In this document: positions 30,354 to 39,468 of the stretch, piece by piece
How the letters are laid out: every line of letters begins with the position of its first letter
Numbering within the stretch: the stretch's first letter is position 1
Source of the DNA: a virus
Virus record (IMG/VR): IMGVR_UViG_3300033562_000245
Coordinates: 32,001-96,000 of that record
DNA length: 64,000 nucleotides
Strand: one strand, 5' to 3'
Translations under genes and position numbers: made by a program
Notes under the pieces: model-generated
The model's database searches: none
The model's input: only the letters and a program-made list of their open reading frames with translations
Told to the model about the DNA's origin: nothing

Positions 30354-30731
30354 ATGGGGAGAGAAATAAATAAATGGATCGTTGGTGTTGTTTGTCTTAT
30401 ATGTCTTATTTTATTCGTGTGTGAAGTATCTAAAATTGAACATAAAGAAGATGTGGACGCATCAAAAATAGAATTCCATACGTTCAATGAAATCGGCACT
30501 CCTATCACTATAGGATTCGATGGTGACGAGATTGTCTCTATTAGACTGAATGTAGAAACAGAACCAGTTGGCAATAAAGTATCCACTGAAGAAACTAGTG
30601 TACATTTTATGCAAATAAAATCCGTTATTAAAGGGATCATAGTAACTAAAAACAACATTACTCATTATATCCTTGTAGGTAGTACTATGAAAAAAGAAGA
30701 GATAAGTAAAACATTAAATTTAGATTACTAA
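30354..30731 (+). CDS. Signal/TM-anchored hypothetical protein
   Basis: WIVGVVCLICLILFVC hydrophobic N-terminus; RBS AAGGAG. Confidence 0.6.
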   Translation: MGREINKWIVGVVCLICLILFVCEVSKIEHKEDVDASKIEFHTFNEIGTPITIGFDGDEIVSIRLNVETEPVGNKVSTEETSVHFMQIKSVIKGIIVTKNNITHYILVGSTMKKEEISKTLNLDY

Positions 30732-30815
30732 TATATCGTTACATTTTTAGATATATATTATTATATTGATTATTAGAGGAAATTAAAACATTATAATTTT
30801 TAAAAGGAGTCTATT

Positions 30816-31229
30816 ATGTATACCGGTGTCACTAAACGAGCTAAAAGGGATTTATTAATTGCGTTTCTTAGTTCATTTACGCTTATAATTTATGTTGCTT
30901 ATATGATGAGAAGTCAAAATACACAAGCTGATAGATACGACATTTATGTATATAGTTATAAAACAAAATTAACTGTTATAACTACTTTTGACAGCTATAT
31001 ATCCACAATGGATGTATACGAAACTGACGGAACGATAACAGAATATCCTATTACCGGAAAAGTATTTGTCTTTATTCCTAATGAATCTGGAGTAGGTTCT
31101 ATCTCCATACAGAATAAAGATAAAACTGGGGATGTAATCAGGATAGGTGATAGGATCAATAAAGAACGGCTTTCAAAACTAATGTATCCGTATATACTTA
31201 TAAACAATCAACCAATTAAAGGAAATTAA
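30816..31229 (+). CDS. TM-anchored protein, paralog family B
   Basis: Shares YVYSY..TVITT..D and DRI.K....KLMYPY.LIN with 31742. Confidence 0.6.
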   Translation: MYTGVTKRAKRDLLIAFLSSFTLIIYVAYMMRSQNTQADRYDIYVYSYKTKLTVITTFDSYISTMDVYETDGTITEYPITGKVFVFIPNESGVGSISIQNKDKTGDVIRIGDRINKERLSKLMYPYILINNQPIKGN

Positions 31230-31234
31230 AAAAA

Positions 31235-31729
31235 ATGAAATCTTTATTCGTAAGTTACACATTAATATGTCTATTTTGTTTTAGTTCTATTGCCTCAGCC
31301 TTGGATTTCCCGCCTCCAAGTTCGCACGGAAAATTCAACAACGGGATTAAGAAACAAGTCGTTCGTGTCTCAAAAAGTCCTAATATAAAAGTTTTGAAAT
31401 ACAGCACTAAAAAAGGGACGGTGTATTTCACGCTGTACAAAGAAAATACTGTTGTAAATATGAACCTAGTACTAAAAAATAAGAAAGTTCCTTTGGATGA
31501 GCATATGACTTTTAATAAAAGCAACCCCAAATCAATTTCTGTAGAGTATTGCATCTGCTGGAACTGCGGCGGATGGCCCCATCCGGACGGTACGTGGGAG
31601 GTAACCGTAGGGGACGATAACAACGAAAATGATTTAGATTGGATGATGCAGTCTTTGTATTTAAACAAGTATAATTCACAACAGCAATATTTAAACAAAT
31701 CATCAAAACAATACATAGATAATAAATAA
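31235..31729 (+). CDS. Secreted protein (signal peptide ending ASA)
   Basis: MKSLFVSYTLICLFCFSSIASA; Cys cluster CICWNCGGW. Confidence 0.6.
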   Translation: MKSLFVSYTLICLFCFSSIASALDFPPPSSHGKFNNGIKKQVVRVSKSPNIKVLKYSTKKGTVYFTLYKENTVVNMNLVLKNKKVPLDEHMTFNKSNPKSISVEYCICWNCGGWPHPDGTWEVTVGDDNNENDLDWMMQSLYLNKYNSQQQYLNKSSKQYIDNK

Positions 31730-31741
31730 GGAATTAAATCA

Positions 31742-32137
31742 ATGAATAAAATAATCGCATGTTTGGTCCTCGTACTACTGACAGTCTCGTGCGCGAGTTT
31801 GCAGAAAAAAGAAGCAAGCAATATACCTACGGTCAGCTATGTATTTGCTTATCAAGACAACTACACAGTAATCACAACTACCGACGATATAGTTATCCAT
31901 ATAACTAACACACAAGGAAAACATCTTATACCTCCGGTCTTTGAACCGACAGGTAATAAATTTTTATATGAAGATACGACTTCTGATAAAAAAAGTAGCC
32001 GCTTCGTAATTAGTGCTATACGGATCGTACATAAAGATCTATCTCAAGATATTATTAAAGTAAATGACCGTATCGATAAAACATGGGTAGTTAAACTTAT
32101 GTATCCGTATGTGCTTATCAATGAAGGCAGTAAATAA
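31742..32137 (+). CDS. Lipoprotein, paralog family B
   Basis: Lipobox LTVSC; KLMYPYVLIN shared with 30816. Confidence 0.65.
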   Translation: MNKIIACLVLVLLTVSCASLQKKEASNIPTVSYVFAYQDNYTVITTTDDIVIHITNTQGKHLIPPVFEPTGNKFLYEDTTSDKKSSRFVISAIRIVHKDLSQDIIKVNDRIDKTWVVKLMYPYVLINEGSK

Positions 32138-32170
32138 CAATTTAAATAAACAATCAAAGGAAATTAAAAA

Positions 32171-33019
32171 ATGGAAACTGTTGCACTTATTGTTATTATC
32201 ATTGCATGTGCATTAACTATAATAGTCTTACTACCGAAAACTATTACAACACTAATAGATCATTTTTGTTCAGAAGATGATGCTGAAGAAACTAAGTATG
32301 TTAAAGTTAACCATCAAATGGCTTACGAAAGAGAAGAGAATACTATAACGTTTTATTTTGATACCTCTCTTGAAGACAGCACTATTAAAAAGATGAAATC
32401 CATAAGAGAAATTCTTTCTATAGTTGAAGTATTCGACTCCAAGAAAATGGCTATTAAGATTTATAAAAATAAATTATATTCTTGGGATGAGTGTGAGTCT
32501 ATAATCGTCGCTCATATCGGTAGTATATTTCATAAACAATTATTGAAAAATGATTTTGACGGCGATGAACTTAATAGCGTTCCGCAAGGCTTCCGATTTC
32601 GTAACCCTGATATCAAATTTTGCCCGCTCGACCTTCAAAAAGAAGTTACGGAAAGAACTAAAACTTGGGCATCGGAAGGGTTCCCGAATAAGTTTGCAGG
32701 TTTATTGTCCGCAGTACCTGAAGATTTAATCACCGAACTAGCAAAAGATATGCCTGCTCTAAGCGATGAAGAGGTTACTGAGTTTGTGAACAACATACCT
32801 AGTATGACCGTTGAATCCGACCCGGAAAACCAACAATCGGTTGAAGATGATGATAAAACATGTGACGAAGTCTATGAAGACGGACCGGACATATATACAT
32901 GCGACTGTGAACGAATGATTAACACAGATCCTGATCCAGGCCTATACTGCTCTAAATGTGGAGGAGCTTTAACAGTAAAAAGAGTTCGTGCTAGAAACGA
33001 TATTATGACATCGTGTTAA
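32171..33019 (+). CDS. Membrane-anchored protein with C-terminal Cys-rich (zinc-finger-like) tail
   Basis: N-terminal TM; CDCE...CSKCGG. Confidence 0.55.
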   Translation: METVALIVIIIACALTIIVLLPKTITTLIDHFCSEDDAEETKYVKVNHQMAYEREENTITFYFDTSLEDSTIKKMKSIREILSIVEVFDSKKMAIKIYKNKLYSWDECESIIVAHIGSIFHKQLLKNDFDGDELNSVPQGFRFRNPDIKFCPLDLQKEVTERTKTWASEGFPNKFAGLLSAVPEDLITELAKDMPALSDEEVTEFVNNIPSMTVESDPENQQSVEDDDKTCDEVYEDGPDIYTCDCERMINTDPDPGLYCSKCGGALTVKRVRARNDIMTSC

Positions 33020-33055
33020 TTTAAAGTAAAATAACTAATAATATCGAGGTAATCT

Positions 33056-33448
33056 ATGGGAGTAAAATTTGAAACTCAGTTGCAGGTTGTAGTATTTGCT
33101 TGTGAGTTTATAGTAAAAAATTCTAATTACAAGAAAAAGAAGTCTAAACAATTTGCTCAGCCAATGTTTGCTCTTGGGGCTTTGCTAGAGGCATGTGAAG
33201 TTTTACATAAAGATCTTTGGTTGTGGAAATCACAGACCGGCGAACAGTCAGCCAACTATCCTGGCTTTCATTATCTGGAACATGCCCTTGAGCATCAGAA
33301 AATGAAAGTTCCGTTTAAAGACTTTATTATGATTTACAATTCGGCTTTTAATTGGCTGTATCATAAAAAGAAACACGATTACAATGCCGAAGAACATGCC
33401 GATAAGAAAAAAGGTATGGCTATGAAAATAGCAAAGATGTTAAAGTAA
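33056..33448 (+). CDS. Hypothetical protein
   Basis: 130-aa ORF, RBS GAGG. Confidence 0.55.
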   Translation: MGVKFETQLQVVVFACEFIVKNSNYKKKKSKQFAQPMFALGALLEACEVLHKDLWLWKSQTGEQSANYPGFHYLEHALEHQKMKVPFKDFIMIYNSAFNWLYHKKKHDYNAEEHADKKKGMAMKIAKMLK

Positions 33449-33453
33449 TTTAG

Positions 33454-33475
33454 AGGTTGGGGTAAAACCCAACCT
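33454..33475. terminator. Terminator-like hairpin
   Basis: aggttggg/cccaacct stem followed by T-rich sequence. Confidence 0.55.
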
Positions 33476-33517
33476 TTATAATCTGTTAATTTTTTAAAGG
33501 AATTTGGAAATATTTAG

Positions 33518-33895
33518 ATGTCGGAAATTATACCAATCAAAGATAATACTTACAAAGTAATAATTAGGGTAGGAGCTCTTATAAACCACAGTACTCTTTT
33601 TTATTATTGGCCTGATTGTAATAAATCGCCACACCCAACAGAAAACTTAAGGCCTGCTAGAGAGAATAATTTAAAATACCCTCATCAGATATTCGATGGT
33701 AAATTCAATGGTATCGGCTGGGATTGTATACGGATAGGTTACGGTAAACTAAGAGAAGAATGTCTTACGATTCCGTTGGTCGTTGATGTGTTCGGTAATG
33801 GTTCGATACACGTATTTGAAACTGACGGCGTTATGATTGTAGATGAAAAAGATATATGTCCTCATTGTGGAGAATATACAAAATTACCGGATTAA
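33518..33895 (+). CDS. Hypothetical protein with C-terminal CPHCG
   Basis: 125-aa ORF. Confidence 0.55.
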   Translation: MSEIIPIKDNTYKVIIRVGALINHSTLFYYWPDCNKSPHPTENLRPARENNLKYPHQIFDGKFNGIGWDCIRIGYGKLREECLTIPLVVDVFGNGSIHVFETDGVMIVDEKDICPHCGEYTKLPD

Positions 33896-33908
33896 TTACG
33901 GAGATAAA

Positions 33909-34313
33909 ATGTACCCCATTTATGTGCGTAAAATAAATTCTATAAAACCTAATAAAATAGATAATACTAATTTTATCTATATAGGTAGAGGGAACAAATA
34001 TTTAGAAGAATCTTTATTACATAACCCAGCTCCTATAACTAAGTTTACATCTAGAAATAGAAGTCTTCAAATTTATAGGGTATGGATATGGGAGGCTATA
34101 AAAGCTAGACATAACGAATATAGAGAACTGCTTAGATTAGTAGAATTAGCCAACCAACATCCTATCACACTCGTATGCTTTTGTATCGATTCCGACGAAG
34201 CAACCGAAAACGAGTTTATTGAATGTCACGGACAATTAATAAGAAAAGCTATGATTTACTTAGACAATTTAAACAAAGGAAACAATAATGCAGACCAATT
34301 CGTATTGGCGTAA
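33909..34313 (+). CDS. DUF4326-family protein
   Basis: IYIGRG...LHNP...YRVWIWE...LVCFC...ECHGQLI signature; start better at ATG 33909 (RBS GGAG). Confidence 0.75.
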   Translation: MYPIYVRKINSIKPNKIDNTNFIYIGRGNKYLEESLLHNPAPITKFTSRNRSLQIYRVWIWEAIKARHNEYRELLRLVELANQHPITLVCFCIDSDEATENEFIECHGQLIRKAMIYLDNLNKGNNNADQFVLA

Positions 34314-34767
34314 AATACATATCCAAATTACACCAGACTCCGAACAGATGAATAAATTCGTAGAAGATATGGTCATGATATCGAACGGCCATATGGAACA
34401 GACAATAGATGACATCTTTGATATTTTTGATATGTATAGATATGAAAAGAAAGGTACGCTGGCTTTTCAACTCAAGAGAGGATTACAGCTAATAACAAAA
34501 ATCAAATATATGGAAAATAATAACAAATCTGTTTTTCATCCAGAAAACAGTACGATCGATATTGAGAGAGATATGGTAAGTCTTTTAGCAACAATATCTG
34601 AAGTAGAAGAGTTACCTCACGGTAATAAACTTCTGTTTGGATTAACTATCAGTCACGACGATATTACATTAACATTTGCTGATGATATAATTAAAGATGG
34701 TAAAAGTATCTCTAATCTATACCTCGGAGAAACTTTTAAAGAAGCTTTTAAAGCAGTTATGTTCTAA
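34288..34767 (+). CDS. Hypothetical protein
   Basis: 159-aa ORF, RBS AAAGGA. Confidence 0.55.
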   Translation: MQTNSYWRKIHIQITPDSEQMNKFVEDMVMISNGHMEQTIDDIFDIFDMYRYEKKGTLAFQLKRGLQLITKIKYMENNNKSVFHPENSTIDIERDMVSLLATISEVEELPHGNKLLFGLTISHDDITLTFADDIIKDGKSISNLYLGETFKEAFKAVMF

Positions 34768-34841
34768 AATTCTTTTTGGTTGTTTAAATACCACCGCTAC
34801 AGTATAAATGATAAACTTCACTAATACTAATACGCGAGGTA

Positions 34842-35213
34842 TTGAAAATGCCAATTAATAAAATCGACTGTCAAGAGAAACACAGTTTCTTAAAGATTAA
34901 CGACCAAAGAACAGATATTATTATTTATCTTAGAAATAAATCTTTATTAACACAAACTAGGGATCACGACTTAAGATATTTTATATTTAGTTTGATGACC
35001 GATATAACCAAAGGTTCTTTCTTAGATGTGCCGTCTACTGAACAGCGATTAAAGATCTTAGGGTGTATAGACGAATACAAAAAATCAGAAGATTTGGTTG
35101 TTTCGTATTCTGGACAGCCTGCATCGAATAAGTTAAAATCTTTAGATAGACTAATTCAACTTATAAATGATTTTTATACGTTAGACAAAAAAGATTTATA
35201 CAACAAAAATTAG
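34842..35213 (+). CDS. Hypothetical protein
   Basis: 123-aa ORF; TTG or the adjacent ATG start after GAGG. Confidence 0.55.
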   Translation: MKMPINKIDCQEKHSFLKINDQRTDIIIYLRNKSLLTQTRDHDLRYFIFSLMTDITKGSFLDVPSTEQRLKILGCIDEYKKSEDLVVSYSGQPASNKLKSLDRLIQLINDFYTLDKKDLYNKN

Positions 35214-35221
35214 AAGTAAGT

Positions 35222-35268
35222 TACAGGCGACATACACCGGGGCTTGCGCCCCGGTGTATACGCCTGTA
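35222..35268. terminator. Long terminator-like hairpin
   Basis: atacaccggggc/gccccggtgtat inner stem plus tacaggcg/cgcctgta outer stem. Confidence 0.65.
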
Positions 35269-35280
35269 GGAGATAAATAA

Positions 35281-35484
35281 CACTTGTTTAGAGATCCTAA
35301 AGGAACGAAATAGATCTCAACAGTGTCGGGGTCCTGTCTTACTGAAGCACACGACAGATACCCCCATGAATGACAGTAGTAAATAAGACTTTAATAAGAA
35401 AAACCGAGGAAAACTTATAAAAGTAGGAAAACCTATTTATGTCCTGCCCATATCTTAGACTCAAAGTATCGGAGGCGATGAGTC
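35281..35484. ncRNA. Candidate small structured RNA
   Basis: ORF-free 200 nt with three stems (35281-35325, 35328-35364, 35458-35484). Confidence 0.3.
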
Positions 35485-35506
35485 GAAGCAAACAGTTTTA
35501 TTTTAT

Positions 35507-35983
35507 TTAAGCTAATTTATTGGCTTCTTCTTTAGCCAATATATCCGCTAATTGATTTTGTATAGGTGAATCTTCTTGATGTGCTCTTGTCCAACTAAAT
35601 TTAATATCCAATCTAGCTTTTTGTTTGTCGATCTCCAACCACAATTCTTTATTCTTAACCGGTTGGCTTGTCCTATGTCCGGTCCAATTATTCTTTTTCC
35701 AGTTATGTATCCAAACGTTACTTCCCTTTACAGTATATTCACTATCACTAACCACGGCTACAGCTGCGTTATCTGGTAAATTCTGTAAGGCTTTAATAAC
35801 CCCAGTCATTTCCATTTTATTATTAGTTGTATCTTTTACTCCGCCTGACATTACTTCTTTTCTTCCATCAGGGTATTCAGTAAGAGCACTCCATCCACCT
35901 CTGTTTCCAGATAATAGAGATCCGTCAGTGTGTATAACAATTCTATCAGAATCTTCTATTGTATTTTTTTTCTTTTTTGCCAT
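35507..35983 (-). CDS. rnhA: Ribonuclease HI
   Basis: IHTDGS, TTNNKMEM, VVSDSEY, VKNKELW, WTRAH, NQLADILAK: all catalytic acidic residues present. Confidence 0.93.
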   Translation of the reverse strand: MAKKKKNTIEDSDRIVIHTDGSLLSGNRGGWSALTEYPDGRKEVMSGGVKDTTNNKMEMTGVIKALQNLPDNAAVAVVSDSEYTVKGSNVWIHNWKKNNWTGHRTSQPVKNKELWLEIDKQKARLDIKFSWTRAHQEDSPIQNQLADILAKEEANKLA

Positions 35984-36006
35984 GATTAGTTATACCCTTA
36001 ATTCTC

Positions 36007-36735
36007 TTATGCCGCCATTTGATTCTGTTGTATTTGTGGCGGAGCATATTGACCTAAACCGACGTTAAAATGTTTAAGATCGAATATATTTTCAAAAGGA
36101 ATATTAATTAAAGTATTAGTAAAAGCTCCGTGTAGTGTTTTTTCCAGATCGGAAGGTGACCCCGACTCGATATACTGCTTAACAATATTTAACCATCCTG
36201 TCCTATAATATTTCCTATAGAACTTAAATATTAGTCTGTCGTACTCAGAAGGATTAACTTCAAATTCCATTGTTGTTTTTATATCCTGAACTGCATTACT
36301 AAAAATTACGCAAAGGATACTATTAAGAACAATTAGAAATAATGTTTCAAGATAATCGACATTACGAATTGAGGTCTTGGATATCACGAAGGTTGCTATT
36401 TTTTCTCTTAGATTAGTACTATGAATAAAGGATTGAATATAATTAGGAACATCTATATCCTCCTGTCTTGTTATCGCATTTAGTTTTCCTGCTTCATTCT
36501 TTCCACGAGTATCGTAATAAATATATTCAACAAGTAGCATACGTACAACACTTGTAAGCATAGTTGAATTATTTATTAGATTCAATACCTCGGTTGAGTC
36601 AAACGACTCCTTAATAAAACTGTTTAAATTTTGTACCGTTTGTTGTGTTATTGAATTCTGAAACGTGTACGGACTGTGAAACCTTAGAATTTTGGATGAA
36701 CTACTTTCTGCATTCGCATTATTGAATACTATCAT
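36007..36735 (-). CDS. Hypothetical protein
   Basis: 242-aa ORF with GAGGAG RBS. Confidence 0.6.
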   Translation of the reverse strand: MIVFNNANAESSSSKILRFHSPYTFQNSITQQTVQNLNSFIKESFDSTEVLNLINNSTMLTSVVRMLLVEYIYYDTRGKNEAGKLNAITRQEDIDVPNYIQSFIHSTNLREKIATFVISKTSIRNVDYLETLFLIVLNSILCVIFSNAVQDIKTTMEFEVNPSEYDRLIFKFYRKYYRTGWLNIVKQYIESGSPSDLEKTLHGAFTNTLINIPFENIFDLKHFNVGLGQYAPPQIQQNQMAA

Positions 36736-38162
36736 GGTAAACTCCTCTGTTAATGATTATACACATTATTGTGTACATAAATAACGATCACTTAAGAATG
36801 CCTAGCTTAGCACAGAGGATAGTTACTGTCCTAAGTGATCTCGTTTTGGTGTAAAATCCTTTATTCTACACCTGAATGTGTGACGGTTAATAAAAGTAAG
36901 GCGATTAACTCTCTAAAGACATTTTAACAATAGACTTATGCGGTTACTTAGAACCTGTTATTTTTGAATCTCACATGTAAAGTAATTTACATTCTGGATT
37001 CCTTTAATTGTCATTGTTAAAATTCTCGGTATAAACCCGTTCGTTTAACTTCAAGCAATAATTATAATATCACCCTCTTCTTTCTTATAAGTATATACAC
37101 TTCGACTGGACGTCGAGGTATAATTATGTCTCCTGTAACATAAACATATACTTACAATGACTGGGCGAGAGTTAATCTATTACCTTACATTCCTCACTAA
37201 AATATAAAACTACAACTTGGCACTCTGTAGTATATAAAAACTATAACATCATAGATGTATCTAATTTCTGAATCTCGATTATCGGCATAAACCTTGTTGG
37301 ATTCTCTTAATTAGTTTCGTATACACTGACCAGAGGTCGTTACCGCTAAGTACGTTTGTATTCCCTAAATTCCAAATCATCGCTGATTATAGAAAAACTT
37401 TATTCATAAGTATCTGTAAAATAATTAACAATCAATTTATTAAATTAATAAACCAAGGTAAAACAGTAGACACTTATAATTACTTTTGTGAGTACCAAGC
37501 TGTAGTTAAATTCATTATAACCCTTTCTAAATAATCGTAACTTAACTTTATTTTTTATATTAGTAATATTACTTAGTTACGGCAAATTCTTTACTTTCTC
37601 CAACACTTAACTATAATAAACTTAACTATATCCCTACATATCATACCAAACAATAATTATTATTTTACATTTGTTTTAAAAATCATCAATACGACAATGA
37701 AGCGACCACAAAGTGGTCGCATCAGTTTTGATTAAGAGATAATAGCCGGTTAGTGTTCCTACAGAACACTAATCCGGCGATAGTTTAACCCAAATGAGAT
37801 ATTTTATTATACCATATCAGTCGTACGCCTACGGCTTCCTCCTTAGTTGGTATAATAAAAATATATATATATTTGTCAGTTTAATTTTAATTGTTTTACT
37901 TAGTCAGTATTGTTTTATTCGTGTGAGGGTTTTAGTTTCTTTTTGAAACTAAAGTAACCCGAATTAGAATAAAATCAGATGATTCTTTTTCCTTCGCTTT
38001 TGCTACGGAAAAGAATTTAAGCTAAAGCTTTTTCTAAACGGTTTACCTTCTGGTACTCAACCGAGCTTCTACGAACCTCTCTGAGTACTTATATACAATG
38101 ATATTGCCATTATTCTCTGACCATCCGGAGCCGGGTCTATGACCCTCTGATGGTATACTCTA

Positions 38163-38192
38163 CTACTCTACTACTACGTAGTAGTAGAGTAG
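38163..38192. repeat. 30-bp perfect palindrome ctactctactactac|gtagtagtagagtag
   Basis: Checked base by base; no loop. Confidence 0.9.
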
Positions 38193-38199
38193 ATAGGGA

Positions 38200-38230
38200 A
38201 CGTGTGTGCGCATGCGCGCGTATATATATA
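38200..38230. repeat. 31-bp alternating purine/pyrimidine tract (Z-DNA-prone)
   Basis: acgtgtgtgcgcatgcgcgcgtatatatata alternates R/Y throughout. Confidence 0.85.
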
Positions 38231-38421
38231 GAACGATGCGTTTATTATATAATTCGTACTCGGCATTACAACTATGAATAGTATAAATTTAAACAATTTA
38301 AAAATCAAACGATAATATTCTGAATTAGTTGCAAAGTATTTACTGTAAAAAAATAATTATCAATGAAGATAATATGCATAAAAAATATACAATAAATTAA
38401 ACTTAAAGGGTGTAGTGAATA

Positions 38422-39438
38422 ATGCCTCTCGAAAACACATATCAAATTCAAATAGATGCGCTATGCCGGATGTTTCCTGACATAGATAATTTTGTAGTCA
38501 ACTATAACTCAGGTATCGAAGATGACGATGAACCGGAATATAATCAAGATATGTTTTTCAAATGTCTTGGTGTACTAGTTACTAAACTCTCTGAAGTTGG
38601 TATTTTATTCCACGATTCAAGTGAGGTTATTTCTTCCGGTGGTATGCGAGATTTTATCCCTTTGTTTGCCTTTACTTTTAATGATGATATAGTAAATAAT
38701 ATACTTCGTCATGCTAGTGTTGAATTTGTAGAAGAACTGTCGGATATAATTCATTCTGATGATATCACAGATTCCGATACTATTCATTCGGTTATTGGTA
38801 TGTTTAAAAATAACTTCACCTTGACAAACAGATGGGAAAATGCTGCCTACTACCACGATCTCTACTACAGCACTGAAGATTTTGTACTGTGGTTCAGAAG
38901 AATGTTCGAAAGGCTACATCAATTAGCTAGTCAGAGTACTACTGTCGACATCGAACTTAGTAATTTTTTTGCTTTAGTTTCTGGACATTTGTTCGATGTT
39001 TATAGTCTAATATGTGTTATTAACAGTAGACTAAATCTCTTGTTTACTCACGAAGAAATTGAATCGGTTATTCGAATCCACGATAGAGATTTACTCGCAT
39101 CTTCTACGGTAGATGCCCTTTCATTCGATAAAAGTTTGAATGTTTGTAACGGATACCATAACTATTCAACAGAAGGCGCTAAAGAAATATTTTCTACTCA
39201 TCAATGTAATAACCCACATCACATCGAGTATTTTATAGAGAAAGGATTACAGCCTACAAAATTACAATTGGTTGTTACTATCTGCGATATTTATGAGAAG
39301 GGTATGGATTTAGAAGTATTTGAGAATAAATGCGCTGAGCTTATAGCTCTGGAGTTTCTCAATGAAGAATCTGTAAATTTAATTAAAAGTATCCTAAGTA
39401 TCGTAAGAGGTATAGACTTCTCTAACTTGGTAGTTTAA
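38422..39438 (+). CDS. Hypothetical protein upstream of the vRNAP beta' subunit
   Basis: 338-aa acidic ORF. Confidence 0.6.
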   Translation: MPLENTYQIQIDALCRMFPDIDNFVVNYNSGIEDDDEPEYNQDMFFKCLGVLVTKLSEVGILFHDSSEVISSGGMRDFIPLFAFTFNDDIVNNILRHASVEFVEELSDIIHSDDITDSDTIHSVIGMFKNNFTLTNRWENAAYYHDLYYSTEDFVLWFRRMFERLHQLASQSTTVDIELSNFFALVSGHLFDVYSLICVINSRLNLLFTHEEIESVIRIHDRDLLASSTVDALSFDKSLNVCNGYHNYSTEGAKEIFSTHQCNNPHHIEYFIEKGLQPTKLQLVVTICDIYEKGMDLEVFENKCAELIALEFLNEESVNLIKSILSIVRGIDFSNLVV

Positions 39439-39468
39439 TAATAAACCAATTAAAAAAGAGAATACTCA

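Larger units (their letters stand above)
36736..38421. other. 1.7-kb ORF-free divergent intergenic region with many inverted repeats (candidate origin and/or ncRNA locus)
   Basis: No ORF of 60 aa or more in the track; nested stems 36786-37177; hairpin cluster 37702-38150; palindrome 38163-38192. Confidence 0.6.

Noticed and set aside
35281-35983. Retron-like unit (structured RNA next to RNase H)
   Set aside because: No reverse transcriptase (YxDD) ORF in the window; stand-alone RNase HI is a normal jumbo-phage gene.
38163-38230. N15-type telRL protelomerase site
   Set aside because: The sequence differs from telRL and no protelomerase is in the window; kept only as a remote option in the finding.
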